Assembly: GCF_009914755.1 (NCBI RefSeq)
Contig: NC_060947.1
DNA: 64,000 bases
DNA from: the human T2T-CHM13v2.0 reference genome, Homo sapiens
Reading direction: 5' to 3' (one strand)
Under the pieces are notes generated by a model, which did not search any database, was not told the DNA's origin, and worked only from the letters and a program-made list of their open reading frames with translations. The position numbers and the translations under genes are program-made. Position 1 is the first letter of the stretch. The number at the start of each line of letters is the position of its first letter. Of this stretch, positions 27,516 to 40,710 are shown piece by piece.

Positions 27516-29457
27516 ATCCCATCTTATATAAGAAGTGTGACTTTACAACTCTATTGCTAGCATTGGTTTTCTTATCTGAACCCTTATTTTTGGACATCCA
27601 TATAACTCTGGCATCAAAACTGTCACAAATTTATTTGTAATTTTACTCCTTTCTATCATCTTCTTTATTTAGCTGAGCTATATTTTATCTTTATGTTACT
27701 TGAGATTCATGGTAAACCATGAAATAACCATTATTTGACATCTGTCTCAATGGATACATAATAGCTTTAATGAGAGCAAGCAGCATGACTGCTCTTGGCA
27801 TCCCGCTGAGTTTCTGTGTCCATATTTGTTTGGTGGTGTTTGTACATGGTTCTTCCTTTGGGGCTAGGTTCTCAATGAGGAAATCCAGAGGAAAGAGTTC
27901 TATAGCTTCCTCCACAAAGGAGGGAAGACAAAAGACAACAGAGATAGAGATGAGACAGAAACAGAATCCATCAGTTTTAACTATCTTTTATTCAGCATTT
28001 GTGGTCTAATGTCTTTCTTAGGTATTATGTGGGAGTGTCTATTAAAGGAAATGTTTGTTCCACTGCAGTAAAGACCGAGATATGTTGTACACATTTTATG
28101 TATCAGATTAGTAATTCTCAGTACACTGGATTAAATAATCATTGGGCCAGATTTCATGGGGTGACTGAACTACTCTCAGCACAGTAGATAAGGTAGTTCC
28201 CATTTTCTTAACTTTGTTCCTGACCGTTATGATGCTATTTAATGCCTTGGAGATGAAATTTACTAAACGGTACACTAGTAGACTGAACAAGTCAATACAC
28301 CTCTCAAAATGTCTACCTTACACCCAGGGAGCAACTAATTCCCCATATTATCACATCCAACATATTACAGAAATGTCAGTATGGCCATCACTATTAACAT
28401 TTCACTCTTCCAGATTCTCTTCAACTTTGTTATACTATTAAGATATGACTTCCTCAACCAAAAAAGGAACTTGTCTTTAGAAATAAGGTGTATCTTTCCC
28501 TATGGATTGATGTGAATGGAGCTAGATTCCTAATTTTTTTAAATGTGCATATTTAAATACCTAAACAATTCTTGAATTTAGCACCATGAAAGAGTACTAA
28601 TCATATCAGTGATGATCACTGGATCAAAATACATATCATTAATAGTGCATTTTCACTGGTGGTAATTTTAAATGAATTTATTTTTCAGCATCAGTTCAAA
28701 TACCTGTGCAATTCTGGGCCAGTATTCTGTGCAGCTCTTGCATTTTCAAGATTCATTTTCTAATCAGTGAAATCATTTACCTCTCTTAGATGCTAGGCCA
28801 GGAGTAATGGAGCTGAGAGAGTCGTTAGCTATGACAAGGCTTCCTTTTCTCTCATCTTTCTGGGAAAGTCAGGAAAAAGAACACCTTAGCAGCATCTTTC
28901 TTCTCCCAAAGAGGAAACAGACACTAATCAGCATTCAATTCCACCCCCAAATTCAACAATTCAGTTTTCCACAGTGTCATAGTGCTGTCTGTCACATGGG
29001 CTCCTAATCATGAAATCTTAAAAGAATGGCAAGTACCTTTGGTGTTTTCCAGGTGTGATCTGATGCACTGGCCAGGACCATCAGAAAGGAGAAATCATAA
29101 TGATGGGCAAAGTGGTGGCATCTCTCTTTAAAATTCCCACCACACAGTGTGACTTAGAGCTGTACAGAATGCCAGGCAGTATGCTCTGCTTTTACAATGA
29201 TAAAATCAATATGTTGGGAAAAATTTGCATTTTCATCAAGGAAAGGAACATGGCAGATTTAAGCTTCTAGCAAGTTGTCTTAAACAACAGTGCTAGTAGA
29301 AATGATTTAAGGAATTGAAAAATCATTGATCCTCTAAAGTGCCTTGGGAGGGAAATATTAGGAAACCAGATGAGATGATAATCTGTATTAATTTGTAGCT
29401 ATCTAGTATTTTTGGTGGTGCAATATGGAAGCCAATTTTTATGCACCTTTCTTTTAA

Positions 29458-30128
<671 letters not shown>

Positions 30129-30349
30129 TGATACTTTGGAAAGTTTAAGCAACAGCTTATTATTGATTCTAAATATTCTTTATGACTTCACTTCTAAATT
30201 TTCCTACTCTTATTTACTTTGCAGAGTCTTTAGGCAGTTGCCTTTTATACCTAGAATATTTTGTTGTAATCACTGGGAGGGAGACACTGTAGAAGGCTTG
30301 TTCTATCTTGGTCAGCACTGGAAGTCCTGATTTGTGTTTTGAAAACTCA

Positions 30350-31720
30350 AATCTATTGAGCAAGATAAGAGGGGATGCAGAGAGGCTTATGTGTAGATCA
30401 TTGTAGTAGTCTAGTTAACAGGTGGATAACTTGGATTAAGAACGTGGCGTGGAAATGAAGAGAAAAGTATGGGTTCAAGAGACATGTTGGAGGCAAAATT
30501 AATTGGACTCTGATAAACTGGAAGCAGGGAATGAAGGAGAAATATAAAAGATGATTTGTATAATTCTGATTTGAGAAAATGGATGGATAGTGGTATCATT
30601 TGTTGAGATAGGAAGTGCTTGAAAAGGACTATTTTTAAATGTGTGTTTGCGTGTGGAAGGAAGGGCATGGAAGGTTATGAGTTCAGTGTTGGACATGCAG
30701 AGTTTGAAGTACATTTGCGACAACTAAGTAGGCAGATGGCTATATAAACAGCTTTGGAACCTGCATGAGAGCTTTTGGCTGGATATATAAATTTATGAAT
30801 TATATACATAAGGGTAGCAAAGTCATGGTTATGATTTTACATAGGGTGTAATGATTTTATGTTGGGAAGAGAAGGGGGCCCAAAACCAAGTCTTGACGAA
30901 CTCAGGCATTTAATGGCTTCGTGAAGGATACACTATGAAAAGGATACTTAGAAGGACTGAACAGAAGTGTAGGAGGAAAACCAGGAAAAGGGAATATGTC
31001 ATGGAAGTCAAGGAAAAAGACTGTTAAAAAATTTGATTGGATCACAGTGTCACATGTCCCTGAGACAACAAAGAAGATGAAGACTAAAAAATGTCCTCTT
31101 TATGTTTGGGTTCAGTAACAAGGATGTCATTGGTGAGTTTAGTGTGAAGCACACAGTGGAGTGCAGATGTGGTAACTAGATTAGAATGAACGGGAAAATG
31201 ACCAGGAGGTGGGCAAATGGAGGTCACAAATATAGATAACTCTTGGGAGAAGTTTTTCTATGAAGCAGATGATGGAGATAGGCCACTATTTACTTGGAGG
31301 ATATGGGATAGAAGGAGGGTTTTATTAAATGGGAATGTTTAAAACTCATGAGAATTGTCTATGGGGGAGGTGGATACATAAGGAATAATGAAAAAGTGAG
31401 ATTCCAGGGAGGCCTAGGGGAAAATAAGATCCAAAGCATCAAGGAATTAGCTTTACATGGGAGGCAGACCTTAACCCTCATGTAAAAGGTTGGGTTGGGG
31501 AAAGTACTTGGGATGGACACAGATATACATAGGTTTCTATGCATGGTAGCAGAAAGTTGAGGGCACTCTTGTCTGGAATTTCTATTTTGTCTGTAAGATA
31601 TTAGGTGTGGTCACATTCTGAGAGGTAGATGGGGTGGGTAATGGGTGTTGGATTAGAAGACCCTCTGAAATTTGAGGAAATAACTTGCTATAGAGAGTGG
31701 GAGAATGAGCTATTAAAAGA
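30350..31720 (-). mobile_element. Long L2 body fragment
   Basis: Purine-rich L2 motifs (atgagttcagtgttggacatgcagagtttgaag; gtcatggaagtcaagga); boundaries approximate. Confidence 0.75.
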
Positions 31721-31739
31721 AGTATATTAACCCATGGCA

Positions 31740-32175
31740 CATTTCAACTTCATGCTTCAGCTATGTTGAACTTCTTTTAATTACTGCAACCTACCATGTG
31801 CTCCTTCACTGAGCTTTTGCCTGTGTCATTACCTCTGCCTGGACCATTCTTCTTGCCCCATTCATCTTATGATTCCCACTCATTCTTCAGGTCTCAATTT
31901 AGATGCCACATCCTTTAAAAAGCCTGACTTCTATAGTGAACTAGAAGAGGTTAAGTGCCCTAGGTATGTGCTTCCGTGGCCACTGTTACCTTCTTTACCA
32001 TATCCATGTTGTTGTGGTTACTTGTCTCACTGACCGTCTCCCAATTAAAAGGTAAGCTCTGTGAGGTCAGGGACTGCTTGGTTAGAATGATGATAACATG
32101 GTTAGCCCTAACCTATAGCACAGGGCCTGCCACATAATAGGTGCTTAAGATATACAGTTGCTGAATGGATGCAGT
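31740..32175 (+). mobile_element. L2 3' end
   Basis: ctctgcctggaccattct...gtaagctctgtgaggtcaggga...cacataataggtgct...tgaatggatg. Confidence 0.75.
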
Positions 32176-33889
32176 GAACTCACTGTGACAAGGGAACTGG
32201 TCACATGGCTAGAAGGAGGGCGGGACTCTTAATAGTGGTATGTCTGGATGAAAGGTGTAATTTGTAAGAAGTGCTATTCCATTAACTCAGACACTGGCCA
32301 CTTTGCAGCTGAGGCATGAAGGAAAACATGAGAGAGGTGTAAGACTGTGATTTTTCTCTCCTGGTGGTTGGTGCTGGAGGGAGTGCTGACCCATGCATTC
32401 CCCAGCTGTTCTAATAACCCGATAGTGCTGAAAGGGGGACACTGGTGGAAAATAACACCACCCTTCTGAATGAGGCTCTAATTTGCATAGGACCAAATGT
32501 GGTCGTGAGTCTTGGTGGCTGATTTCAACTCTGTTATTTAATATTGCTCATTATTTCAGCAACCTGAGAATAACAGCTGGACTGTGTGGGATGAAAGCAA
32601 CTTTTCAATGCAGGCAAACAGATCACGGCAGTTCTCTTGGAGAAATATTGCTGGTTAATTTGCAAAAATAAATCCCCTTTTTTGTCCTCGTTCTTAAAAA
32701 ATGCCAAGTTGCAAGATGTGCACACGCATGTGTGCATAAGATGAGGCAAGGACGAATTTAAACTAGAGGAAATGCTTTACAGCTAGGCTGCCTCCTTCTC
32801 CCTCAAAGGCTGATAAACTACAAATGCCATTTAGGCACTGGATTTATGGTTACTTTTCGTGTATGCCCTGAAAATTCACTTACCTTCAGGGGATACTAGT
32901 TCATGGGGAAAATAAGTTAGTACTGAGAAGTTCAATTACTCTCCTAAAATATCAATAGCTTAGCAGTAAGAAAGCAAAACAACAGGTGCCTTTTTATATT
33001 AGATATGTTCTCAAGACATCTGTAAAGGCTTGCTACAAACAGCAAGAAAGTAATAGCTATAAATGTTACTCAGTGGGAAGGTTTGGGATGGAGGTCCTTC
33101 TTCCCAGTCTCCAGTTCGAATCTGTGACTGGTGTTCCATCACTTCGCAGCATGGGTTTCTCTGCCAATGTACTCCTTTCCTTTTGTTTAATTATGACTAT
33201 TATTTTTCACAATGGTTGGGCCATTTTCAAGGTCTTTGATATAGGACTTCTGTTTTCTCTTGTTTCTGGAGTAACTTGTCTTCCTTTGGAAGACCCAGCT
33301 TTGTGCTTCCCGAAGAGCACCTTCTAAGCTGGGGATTTTAGTGTTTCCTGATCTGCTTTAGCCCTCCTCAGCAGCACAGTAATGTAATCAGCTGAAGAAT
33401 CTCCCAGGAGGGCTGCATTGTTAGGGTTTCTCTTTCAGTGTAAGCTATTTAATAAATGTACTTTAGGAGTATGGGGTTGATTATTGAAATACTTTCTTTG
33501 AAGGTATCTGTCTTCTCCATGTGATAGCTCCTAAGAGAGTTTAGACTGTGGTGAGAACTTATGTCTTGTGGTCACTTGCTTCATGGGAGGGCAAAGTATC
33601 TGAAAAAGAGCTTGTCTTTGGAGAAGCCCTGACTTTGGCTTTGAGAATACATGGGTAATTGGGTCATTATCCAAGGCTAAAAGAAATAGATTCATAAGAA
33701 AGGACGCTAAGTGTTTCCATTAATTCATTTTATATTTGAAAATAGAAAGCAAGGAAAGCTGTGGCAAGTCATCCATGTATCTGATATGCAGTGACACAAA
33801 ACTCTTATCTTTGAAAGAAATTCTTGACCCCAAAGGGCAGTTGTACATAACATGTCCTGATTTATAACCTGTACATAAAGAAAAGGTGG

Positions 33890-34120
33890 TATGTCATAGT
33901 GGTTGAGAAGGGGATTTTGGAGTTAGAGGGTAGCGGGTCTAGCTGTTTGGCCTTGGGTTAACCATTTGGTTCTCTTAAACCTGTGTTTTCTCCTCTTTAA
34001 AATGGAGAAAATAGTAGTATGCAACTCATAGGGTTGTTTTAAGTATCAAATGAGATCAGGGAATTAAATTAAAGATCATACATACTGCCTGACAATAAGT
34101 GCTCAATAATTGTTCATATA
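33890..34120 (+). mobile_element. MIR
   Basis: aaaatggagaaaatagtagt...ctcatagggttgtt...aagtgctcaataa. Confidence 0.75.
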
Positions 34121-34455
34121 ATTTAGCAGAACGTTTTTTTCAGGTTCATAGTCACTTTATTTCATAACTCAGGGAGCTACCTGGCACGTGCATGTGCTAC
34201 ATTTTATGTAGAGCAGAGCTTGATTTTCTTTCTCATTTCTTTGCATCTAGTGACGTTACTGCATAAGCTTCTTAAAACTATTGTGAATCTTCATGAGGTT
34301 ATCTGACCTTTCTTTTTTTACACCAAATGTGTGGATTTATCTTTCAGATTTTCATGGAGAAGAGTCACTGGATTGGCCTGGAGTACACTGGTTACCAGGC
34401 CAGGTTTCTAGGGGGTGGCTCTGGACCCTAAGAATAAACTGCTTCTTTTCCACAG

Positions 34456-34479
34456 AAGTGACCATGTCTGGGATGGAAA
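34456..34479 (+). other. Candidate 24-nt exon (microexon or end of an alternative first exon)
   Basis: ctgcttcttttccacag|AAGTGACCATGTCTGGGATGGAAA|gtaagta; sequence motifs only, no transcript evidence. Confidence 0.4.
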
Positions 34480-34612
34480 GTAAGTATATTTTTCTTCAAT
34501 AGGTCAATGAAAATAAAGATAGTGTACATCATTTTTTTCATTAAATTAAGAATAATGATGAGAGAACTATAAAGATTTTTAAGAACTTGCTTTTTATGAA
34601 AAAAAATAGTTG

Positions 34613-35452
34613 TTCTTTTTCTTCTTTCCAGCTTTTATTTTAGGTTCAAGAGATATACGTACAGGTATGTTCCATGGGGAAATTGTGTGTTGCGGGGTTT
34701 GGTGTACAGATAATTGTCACCCAGGTAATCAGCATAATACCCGATAGGTTGTTCTTCAATCCTCACCCTCCTCCAACTCCCCACCCTCATGTAGGCCCCG
34801 GTGTCTGTTGTTCCCTTCTTGTGTTCATATCTACTCAATGTTTAGCTCCCACTTATGAATGAGAACATGTGGCATTTGGTTTTCTGTTCCTGTGTTAATT
34901 CACTTATGATAATGGCCTTCAGTTCCATCCATGTTGCTGCAAAAGACATGATCTCATTCTTTTATATGGCTGCATAGCATTTAATGATGTATATGTACCA
35001 CATTTTCTTTATCCATTCAGTCCACCATTGATGGGTATGTAGGTTGATTCCATGTCTTTGCTATTGTGAATAGTGCTTCAGTGAACATACACGTGCATGT
35101 GTCTTTATGGTAGAACAATTTATATTCCTTTGGGCATATACACAGTAATGGGATTGCTGGGTCGAATGGTAGTTCTGAGTTCTTTGAGAAATCCCCAGAC
35201 TGCTTTCCACAGTGGCTGAACTAATTTACACTCCCACCAGCAGTGTATGAGCCTTCCCTTTTCTCTACAGTCTTGCCAGAATCTGTTATTTTTTGACTTT
35301 TTAATAATAGCCATTCTTACTGGAGTGAGATGGTATCTCATTGTGGTTTTGATTTTCATTTCTCTAATGATTAGTGATGTTAAGCATTTTTCATTGCTTA
35401 TCAGCCACATGTATGTCTTCTTTTGAAAAGTGTCTGTTTATGTCCTTTGCCA
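34613..35452 (-). mobile_element. Old L1PA/L1PB 3' portion
   Basis: 3' UTR plus ORF2 C-terminal remnant ([18 protein letters not shown]). Confidence 0.92.
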
Positions 35453-35468
35453 ATTTTTTTTTTCTGTT

Positions 35469-35834
35469 TGATATGGTTTGGCTCTGTGTCCCCACCCAAA
35501 TCTCATCTTGTAACTCCCATAATTCCCATGCGTTGTGGAAGGGACCTGGTGGGAGATGACTGAATCCTGGGGGTGGGTCTTTCCTGTGCTGTTCTCGTGA
35601 TAGTGAATGGGTCTCATGAGATCTGATGGTTTTAAAAATGGGAGTTTCCCTGCACAAGCTCTCTCTTTGTCTGTTGCCATTCACGTAAGATGTGACTTGC
35701 TCCTCCTTGCCTTCTGTCATGATTGTGAGGCCTCCCCAACCATGTGGAACTGTAAGTCCAATAAACCTCTTTCTTTTGTAAATTGCCCAGTGTTGGGTAT
35801 GTCTTTATCAGCAGCATGAAAACAGGCAAATACA
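35469..35834 (+). mobile_element. THE1 (C-like) MaLR solo LTR
   Basis: tgatatggtttggctctgtgtccccacccaaatctc...aaataca; TSD CTGTT. Confidence 0.95.
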
Positions 35835-35839
35835 CTGTT

Positions 35840-36305
35840 TTTTCAACTTTTATTTTAGATTCAGAAATATATGTGCAGGTTTGTCACCTGGCTACATTGC
35901 CTGATGTTCAGGTTTGGGGTATGCATCCCGTCACCAAGGTAATGAGCATAGACCCCAATAGGTAGGGTTTTTAACCCTGGCCCCACTTGCTCCCTTCCCA
36001 GTGTCTATTGTTGCCATCTTTATGTTCCTTGTATTTCTATGGTGTCAGTGGTAATGTCCCCTTTGTCATTTCTGATTGTGTTTATTTGGATCTTCTCTCT
36101 TTTTTTTCTTTATTGGTCTAGCTAGCAGCCTATCGATCTTATTTATTCTTTCATAAAATGAACTTCTGGTTTTGTTGATCTTTTGTATGGTTTCTCTCAT
36201 CTCCATTTCGTTTAGTTCTGCTCTGATTTTGGTTATTTCTTTTGCTAGCTTTGGGGTTGCTTTGCTCTTGTTTTCCTAGTTCCTCTAGGTGTGATGTTAG
36301 GTTAA
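35840..36305 (-). mobile_element. Second L1PA: 3' UTR joined to the post-endonuclease region of ORF2
   Basis: 3' UTR to ~36028, then ORF2 [19 protein letters not shown] segment. Confidence 0.85.
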
Positions 36306-36519
36306 ATTTAACAGAAGTTTTTTTGCTATTTTTCGAACCATCTTCCATGCAAAGTACATGGAGTTATATAAAAAGCTCTTTGTTCTGCTGCACGCTTTGC
36401 TAGTTTAGGTAAGCAAGGCTGGGATTAGAGATGGGGAGAACTGAATTTCTCTGCCCACCCCTTCTCTCTTACTATCTTCCTACTTTGTTTTATTGATTTT
36501 CATAGCACTTCTCACTGCC

Positions 36520-37335
36520 TATTGAGAGTTGAATGGTGCCTTCTCCAAAAGATATGTTGAAATATGTGTCAGTTTGCTCAAGTTGCCATAACAAGTATCA
36601 CAGACTGGGCAATTTAAACAACAGAAATTATTTTTTTCATAGTTCTGAAGACTAGGAAGGCCAAAATCAAGGTGTTCGTTGCAAGGTTGGTTGCTTCTGA
36701 ACTTTTCTCCATGGCTTGTAGATGGCCATCTTCTCCGTGTGTCTATCTGTGCCCTAATCTCCTCTTCTTATAATGACATCAGTCATATTTCATTAGGGCC
36801 CACCCCAATGGCCTCTTTTAACCTTAATTACCTCCTTAAAGACTGTCTTCAAATACAGTGATATTCCGAGGTACTGAAGGTCAGAATTTCAACATATGAA
36901 TTTGCCCTATAATGAAGTCCTGACCTCTGGTACCTGTGAATGTGATCTTACTTGAAAATAGGGTCTTTGCAGATGTCATCAAATTAAGATGAGGTCATAG
37001 TGGATTCGGGTGGGCCCTAAATCCAATGACTGGTGTCCTTAAAAGGAGAGAGTGGTGCAGAGGAGACATACAGGGAAGAAGGCCATGTGAAGATAAAGGC
37101 AGAGATTGTAGTTATGCTGCCATAAGCCAAAGAATGCCAAGAAAATTGTAGGACACCACCAGATGATAGAAGAAGCAAGGAAGGATTCTTCCTTAGAGCC
37201 TTCAGAGGGAACACGGCCCTGCTGACATCTTGATTTTGGACTTTCAGCTTCCAGAACTGTGCAAGAAAAAATTTCTGTTGTTTTAAGCCACACAGTTTGT
37301 GGTAATTTGTTACAGCAGCCCTGGGTAACTAATAC
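36520..37335 (+). mobile_element. MLT1C/D-like LTR with nested MLT1A
   Basis: gttgaatggtgcc...aaagatatgttgaa|gtcctgacc...gtaactaataca. Confidence 0.85.
36563..36912 (-). mobile_element. MLT1A-like LTR
   Basis: gttgccataacaagtatcacagactggg...ttcaacatatgaattt; flanks TGAAA/TGAAG. Confidence 0.8.
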
Positions 37336-37480
37336 ACTAATTGACATTATATATTTGATAATTATTTTCTGTGTCCTCCACTAGAATGTAAACTACATGA
37401 GGGCAGGCATTTGCCTGTGTTGGTCACTCTTGTATTGCCAGCATAGTGGATATTTACGGAATGAATGAACAAATGAATGA
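37336..37480 (+). mobile_element. L2a 3' end
   Basis: ccactagaatgtaaactacatgagggcagg...gaatgaatgaa. Confidence 0.8.
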
Positions 37481-38001
37481 GGGCAATCTTGGGAGTGGGG
37501 AGGAGCAGAGTTGGCAGAAGAAAAAAGGGGAGTAGATGACCATGAGTATAAAATATACTAATCTACCGAGTGAACTTCTGGCAGGAGGAGGTGAAGGGGT
37601 TGAGTCCCCTGTCCCTGTCCAGTTTGATGTGGCAAGAAATAGAGACAAAATATGGAAATTAGGGCTAGAGGAACCCTGGAAACATAAACCCCTAGTAAGC
37701 AGAAATCGAGTGGATTGCATTGGACTTTCACGGCTGATGGAAGTAGCAGAGTCTAAGCAGCCAATCATACCCCGATCCCTAAGGAGCAATAGGCCCAGCT
37801 GACATTTGGTTTACATTTAAGGTATTTAATCTCCTAGATTTATCCTGCATGTCTCCTACATTTTTCCATGATATTTATCTCTTTATACATTTCCTATGAG
37901 TGTGGGGAAATTTTCTCAAACTCCTAATTCTCTAGTGTAGTTTTCTGCAGTAGCACACCTGGCTCCAGTATATTTTTTCATCTGAAAGCAATCTTTCCTG
38001 A

Positions 38002-38379
<378 letters not shown>

Positions 38380-39549
38380 TGTTCTTTATTTTTTAAAAGA
38401 AGTTTCTTAAAACTTTTTTGTTCTGAATCCTCAGAAGGTCTCCATATTTTCAACTATTGAATCACTCTTTCTCTCTCTCTTGTCCCTCTCTTTCTCCCTC
38501 TCCCTCTTCTGCTTCCTCTTCTTATCCCTTTCCCTTTCCGCCCCTGCCTTTATTTCCACTCAGTAAGTTTCCTGTATTTGTTCTTCCTGATGTCTATGCT
38601 TAACCGTTACTGGGATTGACATGCCAGAGATTTCATGAGAAAAGTTATATTTTCTGTTGTTTTACTTTGATAAATAAGGGTTTCATTTGATTGGAAGAAA
38701 TAGAAAGAGTGTTTTATAAGGGAGACAGACATGGGGCAGGTAAGTGAACTGCTGGGCCAAGTATTTTCTCTTCCATGTTTGTTGTAGCAAATGGTGAGTC
38801 TTGTCCCACTTCTTCCAAGGTCTCAATTGTCCTTATAAACAGCCTGCTAGGGCAATGCCTTTGCCTTCCATAGCCCCTTTGTCTTAGCAAGCTGAGTCTG
38901 GTAGTGATGTCCACTGGTCTCACTCTGCCCCATATGTAAGTGCTTGCACACTTACAGAAATGTTTGAGTTTTCTCTTTCCCATGCGGCCTATATCTTACC
39001 TGTTCCTATCTAGAGCTGCTCTGTCCTTGGGAGCCTTGGTGGAATCCCATCCATTATTCCCCATGTGTTGGTAAATCCTTTCCTTAACCCAGTCCCATGT
39101 ATACAACATGACACCCTTCCATGTTTCGCAGAATTGATGTAGATTTTCCCATAATTTCTATATCTTTGATTATTATAATGGAAATTAGGGAGAGAAAGAA
39201 GTGAATAACCTGGGATCAAGATTTTGTCTTGAAACAGAACTGAGAGAATGATATGACAACTGGCAGTTTTACAGAGGAGGTAGGTCTTAAAGGGTGGAAG
39301 AGGGCACACATGAGCTGGGATTGGAAAGTTCTAGGTTTTAATTCCAGCTTGACCTCTCTCTGGCTATATGATCTTGGCTATATGACCTATCAGTGTCAAA
39401 GTCTCTTTTTTATATCTTTGAGATCTTTAGGAATGGAAATCATTTGTATGGGTAGAAAGGAGGAGGGAAGGCATTAGATGTTGAAAATAAGAACAAAGGC
39501 ACAGACATTGGAATGAGGGTGATCTGTAGGGCTAAGAAGCTGAGGTATT

Positions 39550-40065
39550 ACCGATATTATTTGCCTATCCTACAGCCATTCCTTTTTCTTCTTGGTTGGA
39601 AGGGCCCAGTTTTTTTCATGTGTCTATCCTCTTTCGCACAGCTGTGAGGGTCCCTCTCCACCATGGCTCAGGATCAGGTTCAGGCTTACACATGTGATAT
39701 GGTAGTCAGGGAGTCAGGAGGGGACATTGAGGGGGCTGAGGGGGCTTCTGGGAAGGTCTTCTCATTATTGGAAAGAAAACAAGAGACAGAAGTACCTTAT
39801 TCTGTTGCTCTGGACATTGTTGCATGTGATGCCTTGAGCAGAGGGAGAATGATCCTGAGAACAAGCTCCTTGCTGAGAATGGACTTACCATCCTGGGATG
39901 TTAGAGAGGAGAGGAAGAAAGCAGGGTGCCCAGTGACATACAGACACTGAATTAATCAATACTGTAACTTCTGTCTCTTCAGGCTTCTTTGATTAATAAA
40001 GCCAGTAGAATTGTATGGCTTTTCTTTTTTATATTTTGCAACCCAAAGCATACAAAATGATGTAT
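39550..40065 (+). mobile_element. Old MaLR LTR (MLT1J/K-like)
   Basis: ggcttctgggaaggtcttctc...ctggacattgttgcatgtga...tttgcaacccaaagcat. Confidence 0.6.
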
Positions 40066-40358
40066 CAGAGACCAGTGTGTATTTGGCTGTACTGGGAAAT
40101 AAATGTGGTTAAGTCAGAAGGAGGAATGTCATTAGGAGTCTTGAAAACCAGATAGAAGACTTGAGATTTGGTGTGGTACATCACAGGGAGCTGCAGAAGA
40201 GTCTTCAACAAACTGATCTTGATGAATATCACATTTTAGATAAGATTCATATAAGAATGATATGGTGGCCAAAATAAAGGATGGAAAAGTCTGGATTTAA
40301 GAAGACCAACCAGAAAATTTGGTTGGTCTGGGGACTAGACCAGTCTTGTATTAGAGGA

Positions 40359-40710
40359 TGATATGGTTTGACTCTGTATCCCCACCCAAATCTCATCTTG
40401 AATTGTAATCCCCATGTGTTGAGGGAGGGAGGTGATTGGATCATGGGGGTGGTTTCCCCCATGTTGTTCTCATGATAGCGAGTGAGTTCTCACAAGATCT
40501 GAGGGTTTTATGAGCATCTGGCATTTCCTCTGCTTGCACTTCTCCCTCCTGCCACCACGTGAAGAAGGTCCTTTCTTCCCCTTTACCTTCCACCATGATT
40601 TCTGTGGTCTCCCCAGCCATGTGGAACTGTGAGTCAATTAAACCTCTTTTCTTTATAAATTACCCAGTCTCAGGTATTTCTTTATAGCAGTGTGAGAACA
40701 GACTAATACA
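40359..40710 (+). mobile_element. MSTA/THE1D-like MaLR solo LTR
   Basis: tgatatggtttg...gactaataca; flanks GAGGA/GGGGA. Confidence 0.92.

Noticed and set aside
28605-28700. C-box-like GTGATGA as a C/D snoRNA
   Set aside because: No correctly placed CTGA D box or terminal stem.
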